DNA of 63,973 bases, the filler included, from Licmophora abbreviata (Eukaryota): assembly GCA_900291995.1 (NCBI GenBank). It is 10 parts of 10 records of this genome, joined end to end, with 100 filler letters (N's around TTAATTAATTAA, not from the genome) between each part and the next. Parts side by side here need not be neighbours in the genome. Positions count along the whole stretch, not along the records: positions 32,444 to 38,914 come from OLMU01004765.1; positions 39,015 to 40,866 come from OLMU01004766.1; positions 40,967 to 49,511 come from OLMU01004767.1; 7 more parts are not named here. The stretch is one strand, 5' to 3'. The first letter of the stretch is position 1. Each line of letters opens with the position of its first letter. Positions 35,205 to 46,721 of the stretch are shown piece after piece. The notes beneath the pieces were generated by a model. That model had not been told where the DNA came from. It saw only the letters and a program-made list of their open reading frames with translations, and ran no database searches. Both the position numbers and the translations under genes were made by a program.

Positions 35205-36149
35205 TTATGGTGGTGTAGAGAGGAATTCAGCAAGAAATTGTCGCGTCAAGTTCACATCTTGTTTGACGACTTGGTCGAAAGTCAAATTCATCCAGCTGAA
35301 ACCATCGTTGCTTTCGAGAAAGTTTCGTACATACGAAAACCAACGCTCATGCGATTTTCGAAAATGAAGCGTCATTTCTGGAATTTCCGCGGTAGCCAAC
35401 GCTTCCTTGTGATCTTTGTCGCCCTTGACATTCCAGTCTCCTTTACGTGACGCATACCAGAAAGAAGGCCACCTGTCTTGCACTGGTCGCTCCAATACGA
35501 CCATCTTCAAGTCGAAAGGCTGTAAAATCTTCCAGATTTCGCCATGAAATTCGTAGCCTCCTTTGAAATGGACGTCAAACTCTTTCCAGTTCACCCAGCA
35601 GTGGTTCCCACACATAGCCCGCCGGTTGCTAGACTTTCCAAGGTAATCCCGACAATTTCGTTTGGAAGCTCGGACGAGAAACTGTGCAAGCTGAGCTGGG
35701 GAGTTTCTACGAGGTATGGGATGGAGATTCAGGAATTTTCCATCTACCACCCAGGTGTCACCGGATTGTTTAGGATCGTTGAAAAAGATCTCATTCAGTG
35801 CAATGTGACAGTCACTTCTGCCCAATACATGTGATGCAAGAAAGGTGGAGGACGATCGCCCCAAGGAAATTACTCCAATGAGCGAAACTGATGTGTCGTC
35901 TATAGCCATAAGACTGACATTTGTGGTGTTGACGAACGATGTTGGTACCTGCAGGGTCTCAACCCCCGATGACGACTCATCTCGCGACTCTGCGTTGATA
36001 TCGTTGGTGACGTTGTCCTTGAATCTCAGACGGGTCTTCACGTCTTCCCACGGGGAAGGAAAAACAAAATTATTTCCTAGTTGAAACGCAAGGTCGAGAA
36101 TGACGATCAGTACTAACAGCGGACACAGGAAACGACACTGAAGTCTCAT
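35205..36149 (-). CDS. Putative type II membrane sulfotransferase-like protein
   Basis: N-terminal TM anchor, SLGRSSSTFL PAPS-loop-like motif, LNEIF, VVLERP..RW.S motif. Confidence 0.6.
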   Translation of the reverse strand: MRLQCRFLCPLLVLIVILDLAFQLGNNFVFPSPWEDVKTRLRFKDNVTNDINAESRDESSSGVETLQVPTSFVNTTNVSLMAIDDTSVSLIGVISLGRSSSTFLASHVLGRSDCHIALNEIFFNDPKQSGDTWVVDGKFLNLHPIPRRNSPAQLAQFLVRASKRNCRDYLGKSSNRRAMCGNHCWVNWKEFDVHFKGGYEFHGEIWKILQPFDLKMVVLERPVQDRWPSFWYASRKGDWNVKGDKDHKEALATAEIPEMTLHFRKSHERWFSYVRNFLESNDGFSWMNLTFDQVVKQDVNLTRQFLAEFLSTPP

Positions 36150-36941
36150 TTTTGTTTCATTGGTGAGGAGGAGACTAGAAGAAGTTCCCTGAAGAGATAC
36201 CTGCTCCTGATGACGGTACACTAGACAGATCAGATTAGATCCCGACGAATGATGAAGCAGCGAGACTCGACTCGACTCTTCTCATGAATGATGCAATCTG
36301 CCAATGTGTGTGTCATCGCGATCCAAAAAAAATTCGGGTCCGCGCTCTCATCAGTTCGAAAAAGGCGCGCGTTGCGCTCTGTCATTGCGATGCACGCGAT
36401 GAGCATGAGTCATACCGCGGTATCAATGATACCTTCGAACCTGGTACGGTTCTAGTGATTGACTCCTCATCTTGCCGCTTGTTGGTCTAGACTAGAGTAT
36501 GAGAAGAAGGCTGCTGACCTGCTGGCTACAGCGAGTTGGTATAGGGGCTGCTGTCAGTTTTGGGCGGGTGTTCGACTTTTTGCATCGTCTCTTGTAATAT
36601 ATATGTTATAACTTGTAGCAACAAAAACCAAAAGTATCGCGGTCACATATCCACGTACTGTGAGAGGTCGGGCTGTTCAGTTGCCTGCCTAACCCGTTCA
36701 CCTCAACATTATCTACGCGATCATTCCAGCTTCCGCTGAGAAAACCTCGCAAGACAGCGCGTCATGATGCGACGATACTGCATATATGGGGGTATGTTGC
36801 GGTATTAAAAGCCTGTTTAATATTGTACTAGTCTGACGTACGCAGATTCAGGGAACGCGCGCAAAAAGGTGATGCGCCACGTCTTTCTTTCTCACTTGGA
36901 ACTTTCAAACAGTTTAAGTTAGAAAATCTGATACGACTACG

Positions 36942-38704
36942 ATGGAGACGGTGGAACCGGCGAATCTCACGGCTCCCCCCCGGGGATTCTTCATTCGAGG
37001 AGTCAATATCGGAGGATGGCTGGTGGCAGAGCGATTCATTACGCCCTACTTGTTCGCTCTCACGACATGCCATGTCAAAGGGGATTTCTGTCACCGACCC
37101 GGTCAGCGCTTGGGAAGCGAGTATCCCGCGTGCGATCATAAGACATGCCCACCCCTCCTATCCCCGCGTTCCACTGGTCTAGACTTTCCTGTGGACGAAT
37201 GGACGCTCACGGAAGCGTTTCCTACAAAGGATCTGGCTCGCAAGTACATGGCGATCCACTGGGATACCTTTGTCACCCGAGACGACATCCATAGACTTCA
37301 AAAGGCAGGAGTGACGCATGTACGAGTGCCGGTGGGGTACTGGATCACCGGAAAGGATATAAGAGAAGGGGAACCGTTTGTTGACGGAAGCTGGCAGTAT
37401 TTTCGAAGGTTTTTGCGGTGGTGTCGGGAGGAAGGCTTGCAGGTGTGGCCGGACCTGCACGGTGCGCCGGGGTCTCAGAACGGATTCGACAATAGCGGTC
37501 ATCAGTTGGGAGGATCAACGTCGGTCCACTGGTACAACTCTACTGCAGCTGTGAGTCGAACCCTACAGGCGGTCGACGACATAACAGCCATGATTCGTGA
37601 CGATGGCTTTGGGGATGTCGTGACTGGATTCGGTGCGCTGAACGAGCCATTTGAGGATTGCGACCAGGCTGTTCTTAGAGACTATTACAACAGTGCCTAT
37701 GGACTAATCCGCAAGAACCTTGGCACAAAGACTGCCGTATATCTAAGTGACAAATTCCATCCGGAAGACTGGAACGATGGATGGTGGCTGGACGAGCTCG
37801 CCTACAACAACACTTATCTGGACACCCACCCTTATCATGTCTTCTTTGAACGAGGCCGAAATATGAGTCCACGACAGCACATTGCCTATGTCTGCCGGAA
37901 GAACTTTCGTGATGTGACAAGTTGCTGTTATGAAGACTACCCTCACAACAATACAATCCCGTCGAAAGGCATCAGTCATATCATTGGCGAATGGAGTGCA
38001 GCGTTTGATTCGCTCCCCACGGCACTCATCATGGACCTCATGGCAGGGATCGCAGAGAACGGGACGATGCCCATGTTTGACCGTAAGCTTCCACCCGAGC
38101 GAAAGGCCTTCTTACGGAACTTCGTTGAGGCGCAAATGGTTACTTACGAGGCGGCTTCGACCGGACTATCGAGCGGATGGTTCTACTGGAATTTCAAGAT
38201 GGAGTAAGTTGTCCTTCCGTGTTTAGCGTTTCTTGTCTATTTTCACGTTTCTTACACTTTAGTTTCTAAATTGTTACTTCCAGGGGAGGTGCTTACGCGG
38301 AATGGGACTTTCTTCGAGGATTTCGAGAAGGCTGGGTCCCAACTCTTGCTCCCAGCAACATGTCGTCTGTAGACTTGTTCGGCACATGCGAGCAAATCAT
38401 GTTTCGCACCGACGATGACTATTCCGTCGTGCAGGAGTATCCGGACCCGAGCACTTTGGATTGGAGTCAGTGGCAGGGATGGGGCATTGACGATGATCTT
38501 GTCATATCTCACGGGGACAGCTTGCGTCCACGGATCAGTCGTTGGCCGTATGACGTGGGTCTGTTTTGCATGCTTATCTTCGTTGGAGTGGTCCTCATGT
38601 TAGCCAAACGCTCTTATCGAACTTATCTGCGTCGGCGCGGATACAAGGGAGTTCGATCCTCTCCAGCAAGAGGATTATCGCTGGAAGGGCTAGACGAATG
38701 CTAA
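36942..38704 (+). CDS. GH5 exo-1,3-beta-glucanase with C-terminal TM helix; intron 38204-38283; true 5' end uncertain
   Basis: RGVNIGGWLVAE, HVRVPVGYW, DLHGAPGSQNGFDNSG, LNEP, IIGEWS, GWFYWNFK; splice gives MEGGAYAEWDF. Confidence 0.9.
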
Positions 38705-38742
38705 GTATATGCAGCAGCAAGGGAAAAACAAAAGTGGCGTAA

Positions 38743-40745
38743 TTACAAGTGAATTTTTGCCGTGTCGGGCAGCTGCTGCATCACCAGATGTGTAAGACCT
38801 AGAAGACAGACGAACAGTACAGTGTAAAAGAGCAAAGGTTAGAAAGCCAATAAAGATAACACATGAAGAAAGGTTAGAGAGCGAGCAAACTGACTTGCCT
38901 TGAGATAGCGTAGCNNNNNNNNNNNNNNNNNNNNNNNNNNNNNNNNNNNNNNNNNNNNTTAATTAATTAANNNNNNNNNNNNNNNNNNNNNNNNNNNNNN
39001 NNNNNNNNNNNNNNAGAAAGGTTAGAGAGCGAGCAAACTGACTTGCCTTGAGATAGCGTAGCCGGAAATGCGTAAATCGCCAGTGTAGCCGTAGCACCGC
39101 CTTCCGGGTGGCGAAATTCGACGTAATGCCCGCGATCACGGAGTAATTCATTCAAGCGACTCGTCCAATCGACCCAACTGCAAGTACACCGCGAAACATC
39201 CAAGCGAACTACATGCGGCTCGCGACACTCATATATCGTCGAGGGTCGACGATTCTCGCCCTCTCCGGGCATAGCCAGCGCACAACTTGGTTTTGAGAGC
39301 AAGAGCATATCCAGCGGCAGCTCGAGCCCCCCCACGCGAGACGCCATGCGTCGTGGTGACGACACGGCAGAGCCATGTTGCCAGTGAACCTCGAGGCCCA
39401 AACGCAATGGCGTTTTGTGCACAGCCTGTACATTGATGCCGTCAATCTCGCCAATCACTCGAACAGACGCTTCCAAGCCGGCATGCAGAATCGGAACAAC
39501 ACCACTGTGTGTCTTCACATCTGTTTCCGACATTGAGCAGCAAGCTGAAATGTGCACGTGGCGCATCGGTATAGCCTCGCTGCTGTTCTCGATCGTGACC
39601 GTCATTATAATTGTTGCTGAGAGCGACGCAGAGGAGGAAAAAGAGGAGGGTTTGGCAGTCGGCAAAACCCTAACCTCCACCCCCACCAGTCGTGGATCTT
39701 CCGCATTGGGCCGCAACAGCGAACGCAATGTTGCTTGGCTCTCCTTTAGAATACGCTGTCGCCGAAACCGCGTCTCCCGCTGCATCTCGATTCGTCGCCG
39801 CTCTTCCATCCAACGCGACTCGAGAGCACGTGCAAAGATGTCATCCACCCACTTGGGGAGATGAGGCTGTAGTGCACTCTTCTGCTCACTCGAGGACTCG
39901 TTCATGAGCTTTGCTTCCGAGCACTTGTCATCATCCTCTTGAAAGACAATAGACTCGCTCGTCGTCACATCGCGGAGGACAAGAGCAACATGGGCGCTAC
40001 ACTCATCATTATCATCGCCGCCAAGAGGAGACGACGTGCGAGTTGCAAGTTCGATTCCAAGACTCCGTGGCAGGAACATATCGATTCCATCCATGAGAAT
40101 ACTCTGACTAATTACCCGCGATAATAATAATAAGTGATATGACTCATCCATGGACCGTTGCGACAGTGTCGTAGGGATGGATGGCAGGAACAATACTTGT
40201 TGGTAGCCACCTATACCACAAAAGTCGGCTACCACGTAACCGATGGTATTGGAAACTTCCAGGCACCTTATTTCCATGGATGATGGAGTAACAGGATCAC
40301 CTGAGCGGCTTTGAAATATCACACGATAGGACGATGATGCCTCCTCTTTCTTGTAAATTCGGAGACTTCCGCCGGGTACCTGTATCGATGTGCAGTTCGT
40401 CTTGAAAATAGAAGAAAGAGCGAATTCGTTCTCTCGTATCGCCAGGGATGAAATGATACAATCACTGCCAGGACTGTCCCGAGGGTTCAGAGCATCTCGA
40501 CGTCGCTTCTTGCTACTCATAGGAGTCGGGTGACCCAACAATGATCGCATTGAGACGCAGCCTCCCCGGGAAAACAGTTCCTCCATGGGACAGTGCGCGA
40601 CGGCATCAGATTCCTTGAGAAACGAGGCAATGGCGCTCAAGGGAGTCGCAGCAACGATCTGCTGTCCTTCCGACACATCAGAAGGACTCAGGAGACAGAG
40701 ATGGGATTGATCCACGAGGACAAGAGGACAAGACGATCGCGACAT
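38743..40745 (-). CDS. Hypothetical protein, possibly FANCB-like; last exon 38798-38743 reached by a GC-AG intron that crosses a spacer
   Basis: Long ORF; VVADFCGIGGYQQVLFL followed by a coiled coil and a beta-rich domain; the splice gives ...SQGLTHLVMQQLPDTAKIHL*. Confidence 0.55.
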
Positions 40746-40985
40746 GGTCGCATGAAGTGAGAAGTTGAAAGTGAGGCAGCATCGGGATTATGTCGCGCGG
40801 TTTTGCGGTTTCGACAAAAAGTTGATGACAGGATAAGGCTGGGGTTTGAGGACCTGCTCGCCAGACNNNNNNNNNNNNNNNNNNNNNNNNNNNNNNNNNN
40901 NNNNNNNNNNTTAATTAATTAANNNNNNNNNNNNNNNNNNNNNNNNNNNNNNNNNNNNNNNNNNNNCCCCATTATCTGGTCGTGC

Positions 40986-43448
40986 ATGCGGTTAACAACA
41001 GCCATGAGGGTCCTCTTGTCTCTTCTAGTGTCTATCCTTGCCCTGTGTCATGTCCAGGCCTTGCCTTCGGGCTTTCAGGACGAAGGATTCGGTACTGTCG
41101 GAGCCCCGACAGGTTTCATCTTTGCTCCGAAACCGGATGGAGGGCATGCAATGATTGTGACTTCCAAGAGGGGCTTCGTCTACCTTTTTCCCGACCCGGA
41201 CAATTCGGACGAGAGAATCGAGATTCTTGACATTTCTGAAAAAGTCTGCCGCACTGGAGAACGTGGATTGCAAGGCGTCGTCGTCTCTCCCAACTTTGAA
41301 ACCGACCGCTATGTCTATCTATTTTACCCTTGGGCCAAATTCGGGAACTGCGGCGAAAGTAACGTGGACGGGCCCGTTAACCGACTGGGAAGGTTCAAGA
41401 TGCGGGAGGATTTCACAATCGATCCCGATTCCGAAGAGAAAATGTTTGAAACGTCGAGCTTGCTTGACGACATTCACAATGGCGGCGACATGAAGTTTGG
41501 AAAGGACGGGTACCTCTACGTGTCTGTAGGCAAGTACGGCTCAGGATGGTCGGAAGCGAAGAAATGTATGTTGCTTGTGCTAATAATGATTCACGCTCGT
41601 TGTTTTTTCCATTCTGTAGGTGAAGGCGGTGATCGCAGGGGCGCAGTCAGCCAGAGACTCGACATGCTCTTGGGATCAATGCTTCGCATTGACGTCGACG
41701 GGAAGAGCCCCCCTGACAACCCGTTCGTAGCGACATCCGAGAACGGGTATACGAGCGCCCGCTGCTTTGAAGACGGGGTCGTACCTGCTGGTTCGCCCGA
41801 GGGTACTTTCTGCGAAGAAATCTATGCATATGGTATCCGAAACCCCTTTCGCTTTGCCGTGGACCCCAACACTCCGGATGGCGTCGTTCGCATCTTCTTT
41901 AATGATGTGGGCGGATCCAAATGGGAAGAGACCAATGAGCTTGTCAAGGGGGCCAACTATGGGTGGCCTGATAGAGAGGGGCCGTGCGAATTGGACAGCC
42001 TTACAGAATGCCAGGTGGTACGAGGTCTCATGGATCCTGTGCACTGGTACACCCACAGCAGGCGCGGGGGCGCAGCCGTCGGATGTGCCTTCGTTCCAGC
42101 CAATCTGTGGCCCTCCGAGTATGACGACGTCTTCATGTATGCAGACTTTGTCGCTGGCGAAATCTACGCGCTGGAAGAAGACCCATCCCGGTACTGCCGA
42201 AACTGCGATCCACCCGTGCCGGGCTGGAAGAAAACCGTCTTTCACACATGGGAATGGCCCGTGCAGCTCTCGTTTGGACCTTTCAAGACTGGTCAAGCAC
42301 TCTACTATACAACTCGAGGGTCTGGATTTCAAAATGTTCGTCGAATCTACTTCAAGGGTGGAGACAACCTCCCTCCAGAGGCAACACTAACAACTTCGCG
42401 AACCACAGCCGACGTCGGTGTGGACGTGACGTTTGATGCTTCTGGAAGTACTGACCCCAATCTCGATGCACTCACCTTCGATTGGGATTTTGGAGATGGA
42501 AGCGAACCCATCCTGAATGGTCCCACCATGGTCACTCATCAGTACACGACAGAAGGCGAGTTTGTTGCGTCTCTCAAGGTTACGGACGCGTTGGGGTTTT
42601 CCGACGAAGAATTCGTTCAGATTACGATAGGAAGCAAGCCAATCGTCACGATTGCATCTCCTGTCGAGGGTACAGAATTTGCCGTGGGCGATCTCTTCAC
42701 CTTGACTGGTTCGGCGGTCGACGGTAGTGGCAATCCGATACCCGACTCTTCATTGAGCTGGGAAGTTCGACAACACCACAATACGCACTACCACCCCTTC
42801 CTTGACGCAACGGAAGGAAACAACGTTGCTGTCCATGCCGCACCTCCGCCTGAAGACTTTGAAGCATCAACCAACAGCTTCCTCGAAATTATTCTGACTG
42901 CCACTGACGAACAGGGAGTCCAAGGGTCTCTTAGCCGGATCGTCATGCCCAAGAGGGTCACCTTGGAGTTTGACACGATACCGTCGGGCCTCGAGGTGGT
43001 TCTCTACGACTTTACGGTTCGGACACCTATTGAAGTAGTTGCTTGGGAGAACCAGCAGCTTACTGTCGAGGCTCCAGACCAGTCTCCGTGGTACTGGATG
43101 TCGTGGTCCTCCAACCAAGCCCAGAGCCACGTCCTTAATGTTCCTGGCAAGGTTCCAGGTACCGATACAAGTCCTAATGTCCCGATACAGGATGGGGTGG
43201 ACTATCGATTCGTTGCAACGTACGAAATGCAGAAGCCCTCTTCCCCGGCTCCCACTGCACCTTCCGTTGACGGTCCGACTCCCTCTACACCTCCGGTTGA
43301 CGGGACTCTTGGGGCCGATACACTCCCTCCCGTTCCCGTAGGACCAGATCCTCCCACCTTGACCAGTGGTGCTAGAACAGTCGCGACCATTTGGCTGACG
43401 GTCTTTTGGGGGGTTATTGTCACGATTGGATGCCATACGATGTGTTAA
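40986..43448 (+). CDS. Secreted, membrane-anchored glucose/sorbosone dehydrogenase (PQQ-type beta-propeller) + PKD domain protein; in-frame intron 41530-41619
   Basis: GERGLQG, HNGGDMKFGKDGYLYVSVG|EGG, YAYGIRNPFR, GANYGWP, PKD motif FDWDFGDG, Pro/Thr stalk and hydrophobic C-terminus. Confidence 0.88.
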   Translation: MRLTTAMRVLLSLLVSILALCHVQALPSGFQDEGFGTVGAPTGFIFAPKPDGGHAMIVTSKRGFVYLFPDPDNSDERIEILDISEKVCRTGERGLQGVVVSPNFETDRYVYLFYPWAKFGNCGESNVDGPVNRLGRFKMREDFTIDPDSEEKMFETSSLLDDIHNGGDMKFGKDGYLYVSVGKYGSGWSEAKKCMLLVLIMIHARCFFHSVGEGGDRRGAVSQRLDMLLGSMLRIDVDGKSPPDNPFVATSENGYTSARCFEDGVVPAGSPEGTFCEEIYAYGIRNPFRFAVDPNTPDGVVRIFFNDVGGSKWEETNELVKGANYGWPDREGPCELDSLTECQVVRGLMDPVHWYTHSRRGGAAVGCAFVPANLWPSEYDDVFMYADFVAGEIYALEEDPSRYCRNCDPPVPGWKKTVFHTWEWPVQLSFGPFKTGQALYYTTRGSGFQNVRRIYFKGGDNLPPEATLTTSRTTADVGVDVTFDASGSTDPNLDALTFDWDFGDGSEPILNGPTMVTHQYTTEGEFVASLKVTDALGFSDEEFVQITIGSKPIVTIASPVEGTEFAVGDLFTLTGSAVDGSGNPIPDSSLSWEVRQHHNTHYHPFLDATEGNNVAVHAAPPPEDFEASTNSFLEIILTATDEQGVQGSLSRIVMPKRVTLEFDTIPSGLEVVLYDFTVRTPIEVVAWENQQLTVEAPDQSPWYWMSWSSNQAQSHVLNVPGKVPGTDTSPNVPIQDGVDYRFVATYEMQKPSSPAPTAPSVDGPTPSTPPVDGTLGADTLPPVPVGPDPPTLTSGARTVATIWLTVFWGVIVTIGCHTMC

Positions 43449-43762
43449 ATATCGACTTTATGGTCACTGGTCTTGTGGAGAGCGTGCAGAGAGTGGTAAG
43501 ACAGATGCGACGAGTTGACTGTCGGTCTTGGAGGATACTCTTCACGATTTATCGCATTCCTGGTAAAATGTGTGAAATCGACTCTGGAAATGGAATGATC
43601 ACTGTCCTCGTGGCTCGTGGAAGTAGCAGTTAAAGTAAGAGAATATCAACTAGTAGGTTGAAGATGAGTCACCTGATCATTCATGTCAAGAGATCATCTC
43701 TCGGTACGAGCGAGCAATGGGGTTTTGCGTGCGTTGCAGTGAATTTGAGATGGACTTCCAGA

Positions 43763-46401
43763 CTATGCCTGGTACGGCACGCTTGCTGCCTTGAGAAGGC
43801 TGCGAAGAAACGAGAGTTTGTCCACCTTCGTTTCAGCCTCGTTCCAGTCAAGATGGTGAATATTTATCACTTTCCAAAAGACACTCTCAAGGAAACGACG
43901 CTTTGCCTGCGTGGGCCCGTTCTCATTCCTCGTCAACTCTCCCGTCTCAACCGATCGAAGAAAGTTGGTCGGCCCATCGAATTCAATGGCTGTCATATCA
44001 GACTGAGAGGCCATATCTATGGCTAGAACTCCACCAGGAACATTCATCGCTTTTACTGGATGCACCCCCACCTCATGGAGGAAGCCAATCTCTGTGAGCA
44101 AAGAAGACACTTCGCCCTGAGACGAGGAGTTGTGCGCGTGGACCGCGCCCTCGCCAGCAGACTTCATCTTCTCGAGCAGTGCTGCGGGTAGATTGGTTAG
44201 TGATGTGCCATCCCCACCGGAAATTATATATATCTGGGCGATCTGGTTTAGCTCTTGCCTCGCAAAATCTTCTGGGCTTCGCTTCATCGCTTCTTCCCAT
44301 AGCTGAGAAAGTGCACCTTCGTGCTTCTTACCAAGACCTAGAATGACAAGCGCGTAGCATGTGTTGATAATCTCCTGCGCCTTCCCCTTCTTCAACATCT
44401 CAATAGCGCTTCTCTCAATCTCTTGAAAGAGCATGGGCGATTGCACTCCGAGCTCGGCGCAAGCCCAAGCCAAATTCGAAACTGCCTGCGAGTTTCCCTT
44501 CTCCACCAGCCCACACGCATGCTTCTCAATCTCGACAAAAAATCTGGTTGATTGCACGGAAAGAGTTGCAAACGCCCAAGCGATGTTGGCAACCTCATGA
44601 GGGTTCCCCTGCTCCACTAGCCTCGGGGCGTACTTTTCAATCTGACAAAAAAGATGCGACGACTGCACGCCAAGTTTGGCAAACGCCCAAGCAGTATTGG
44701 CCACCTCCTGCGGACGCCCCGTTGGAACCAGCCTGTTGGCACGTTTGTCAATTTCAGCAAATACAAATGGCGATGACTGTTCCAGCGTCGCGAACGCCCA
44801 GGCAGTAATGGCAACCTCCTGGGAGCTCCAATTGTCAACAAGCTCGACAGCATGCCTGTCAACTTGAGCAAATAGATCCGGCAACTGGACGCCGAGCCTA
44901 CTACATGCCCACACAATATTTGCAACCTCCTGCGCGTTCCAGCTCTTAATCAGATCGGCAGCGCGTCTTTCAATCTCGTGAAATAGTGTTGGTGCTTTCA
45001 TGTCCATTTTCGCACAGGCCCACGCAATGTTCGCATAAGCCTGCCCTCTTCCACCGCCCATCAGATTGACAAAGTGCTTATCAATCTCACCAAACAGCAC
45101 AGGCGACGAAACACCGAGCGTGGCGAACGCCCAAGCCGTATTTGAGACTGTCTGCATATTCCCCTTGGAGATTACAACGTCAGCATGCTTCTCAATTTCC
45201 GCAAAGAGATTGGAGATTGTACGCCAAGCTTGGCGCAAGCCCAAGCCATGTTGGCCATTTCCTGAGAACGGATCCCCCTCCATTCCAGCAACTCACTGGC
45301 ATGCTTTTCAATGTTAGCAAATAGATGCGGCGACTGCACGCCGAGGGTGGCACACGCCCAAGCAGTATTGGCAATCTCCTGCGGACGCCCAGTGTTCACA
45401 ATCTCGTCCGCGCGTTTGTCAATCTCGGAAAACAAGTTGGGCGGTTGAATGCCCAGTGATGCACAAGCCCAAGCAATATTCGCACAAACCTGCTGGGTGT
45501 TTGCTTTTTCCAGCAGCTCCTTTGCATGCTTGTCAATCTCTGAAAACAGTGCAGAGTCCTTCGTCTGGAGTCTGCCAAAGGCCCAAGCAGTGTTTGCAAC
45601 CTCCTGCGGCTCCCCCGTCTCCACAATGAGAGCGGCATGCTGTCCTACTTGTTTCAGAATCCGACTCGTAGCTTGCATTCTCAAACGCATCTTTCCAATG
45701 GCATGTGCAATGTTGGCAGTCTGTCGAACACCCATCCATTCCACACCAAACTGGTCGTCTTCCAGAATAGTCGCCAAATCGTCCAAAAGAACTAGAAACG
45801 ACGGATCCGGCGAGCGATAATCATGCTGATACGACATATTTGCTAACTGCGTCATGGTCGTTGCGTAATTGACATTGTTGAAGAGTTCCGCTCGTTCATA
45901 GAACTTCAGTATGGCCGACCCGTTGCGACGTTGTCCCAGTTTGATAATTTTCTGGTTGTTCCCGTGTGCCTGGTAGACGAGCCACCGCCTTTTTTTGGTC
46001 GTTGTTGTTTTCTGAAATCCCATTACCTGACGGATCCGTGAAACAGCGAGACCGGGGGTTTCGGCGTTGCGAGGAAGACTGGTCGTTCCTGTGAGAGATT
46101 CTTGGAGAACAGTGTCCATGTCCTCGTCCGCCTGACTGATGGCATCCCTATTGTCATGAGCGTAGTTTCTGGTTTGAAACATAGAAGAAGGAAGCGATGG
46201 AAAATCGAGCAGTCCTGTCGCTGTGGATGGAGTGAAGATCCTCGTTATCCGGATGAAGGACAGCGGCGGCGGCACGGCTGAAATGAAGCCATCAGGATCG
46301 CTTCGGATGCTAGGCAACAGTGATGATGATTGTAAGGTCGAACGAACTCGACCAGGAGTTCTTACTAAGATTCTGGTGCTGACAAAGGAGGGCATTTTCA
46401 T
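43763..46401 (-). CDS. Helical-repeat (HPR/OPR-like, ~37 aa) RAP-domain organellar RNA-binding protein, frameshifted near 45211
   Basis: About 13 xQEVANxAWAxAxLG repeats; C-terminal RAP motif AIEFDGPTNF...TQAKRRFL...WKVINIHHLDW; two overlapping ORFs. Confidence 0.85.
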
Positions 46402-46721
46402 TCGCTATGATAAAAAGACAGACATCGCCTTGGATAATGATGTGGAGAGATGGATGGTGGATCCGCCGCCTCCGTCATGGTTCAGTTTCAATTTTTTCAT
46501 CATCAATTTTCAATTTTGGAGTGTGTGGGGGAGATGTCCGGACGGCGGCATGACCATACCGTCTGGCCGGCGTCTTACCATGAAACTTGAAGCAAGATCT
46601 ACACTTCATGATGGCACTGCACGGCGATGATGACACTACTCATCGACACTCATCGATGCCTCACATCATCTTCGATCTTTGAGAGAGAGAAAACAGAAAC
46701 CTGGGTTCACATTTCACAAAG

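Noticed and set aside
44400..45650. ~111-bp periodic DNA repeats as a CRISPR-like or non-coding array
   Set aside because: Fully explained by the encoded 37-aa protein repeats, with synonymous divergence between units.
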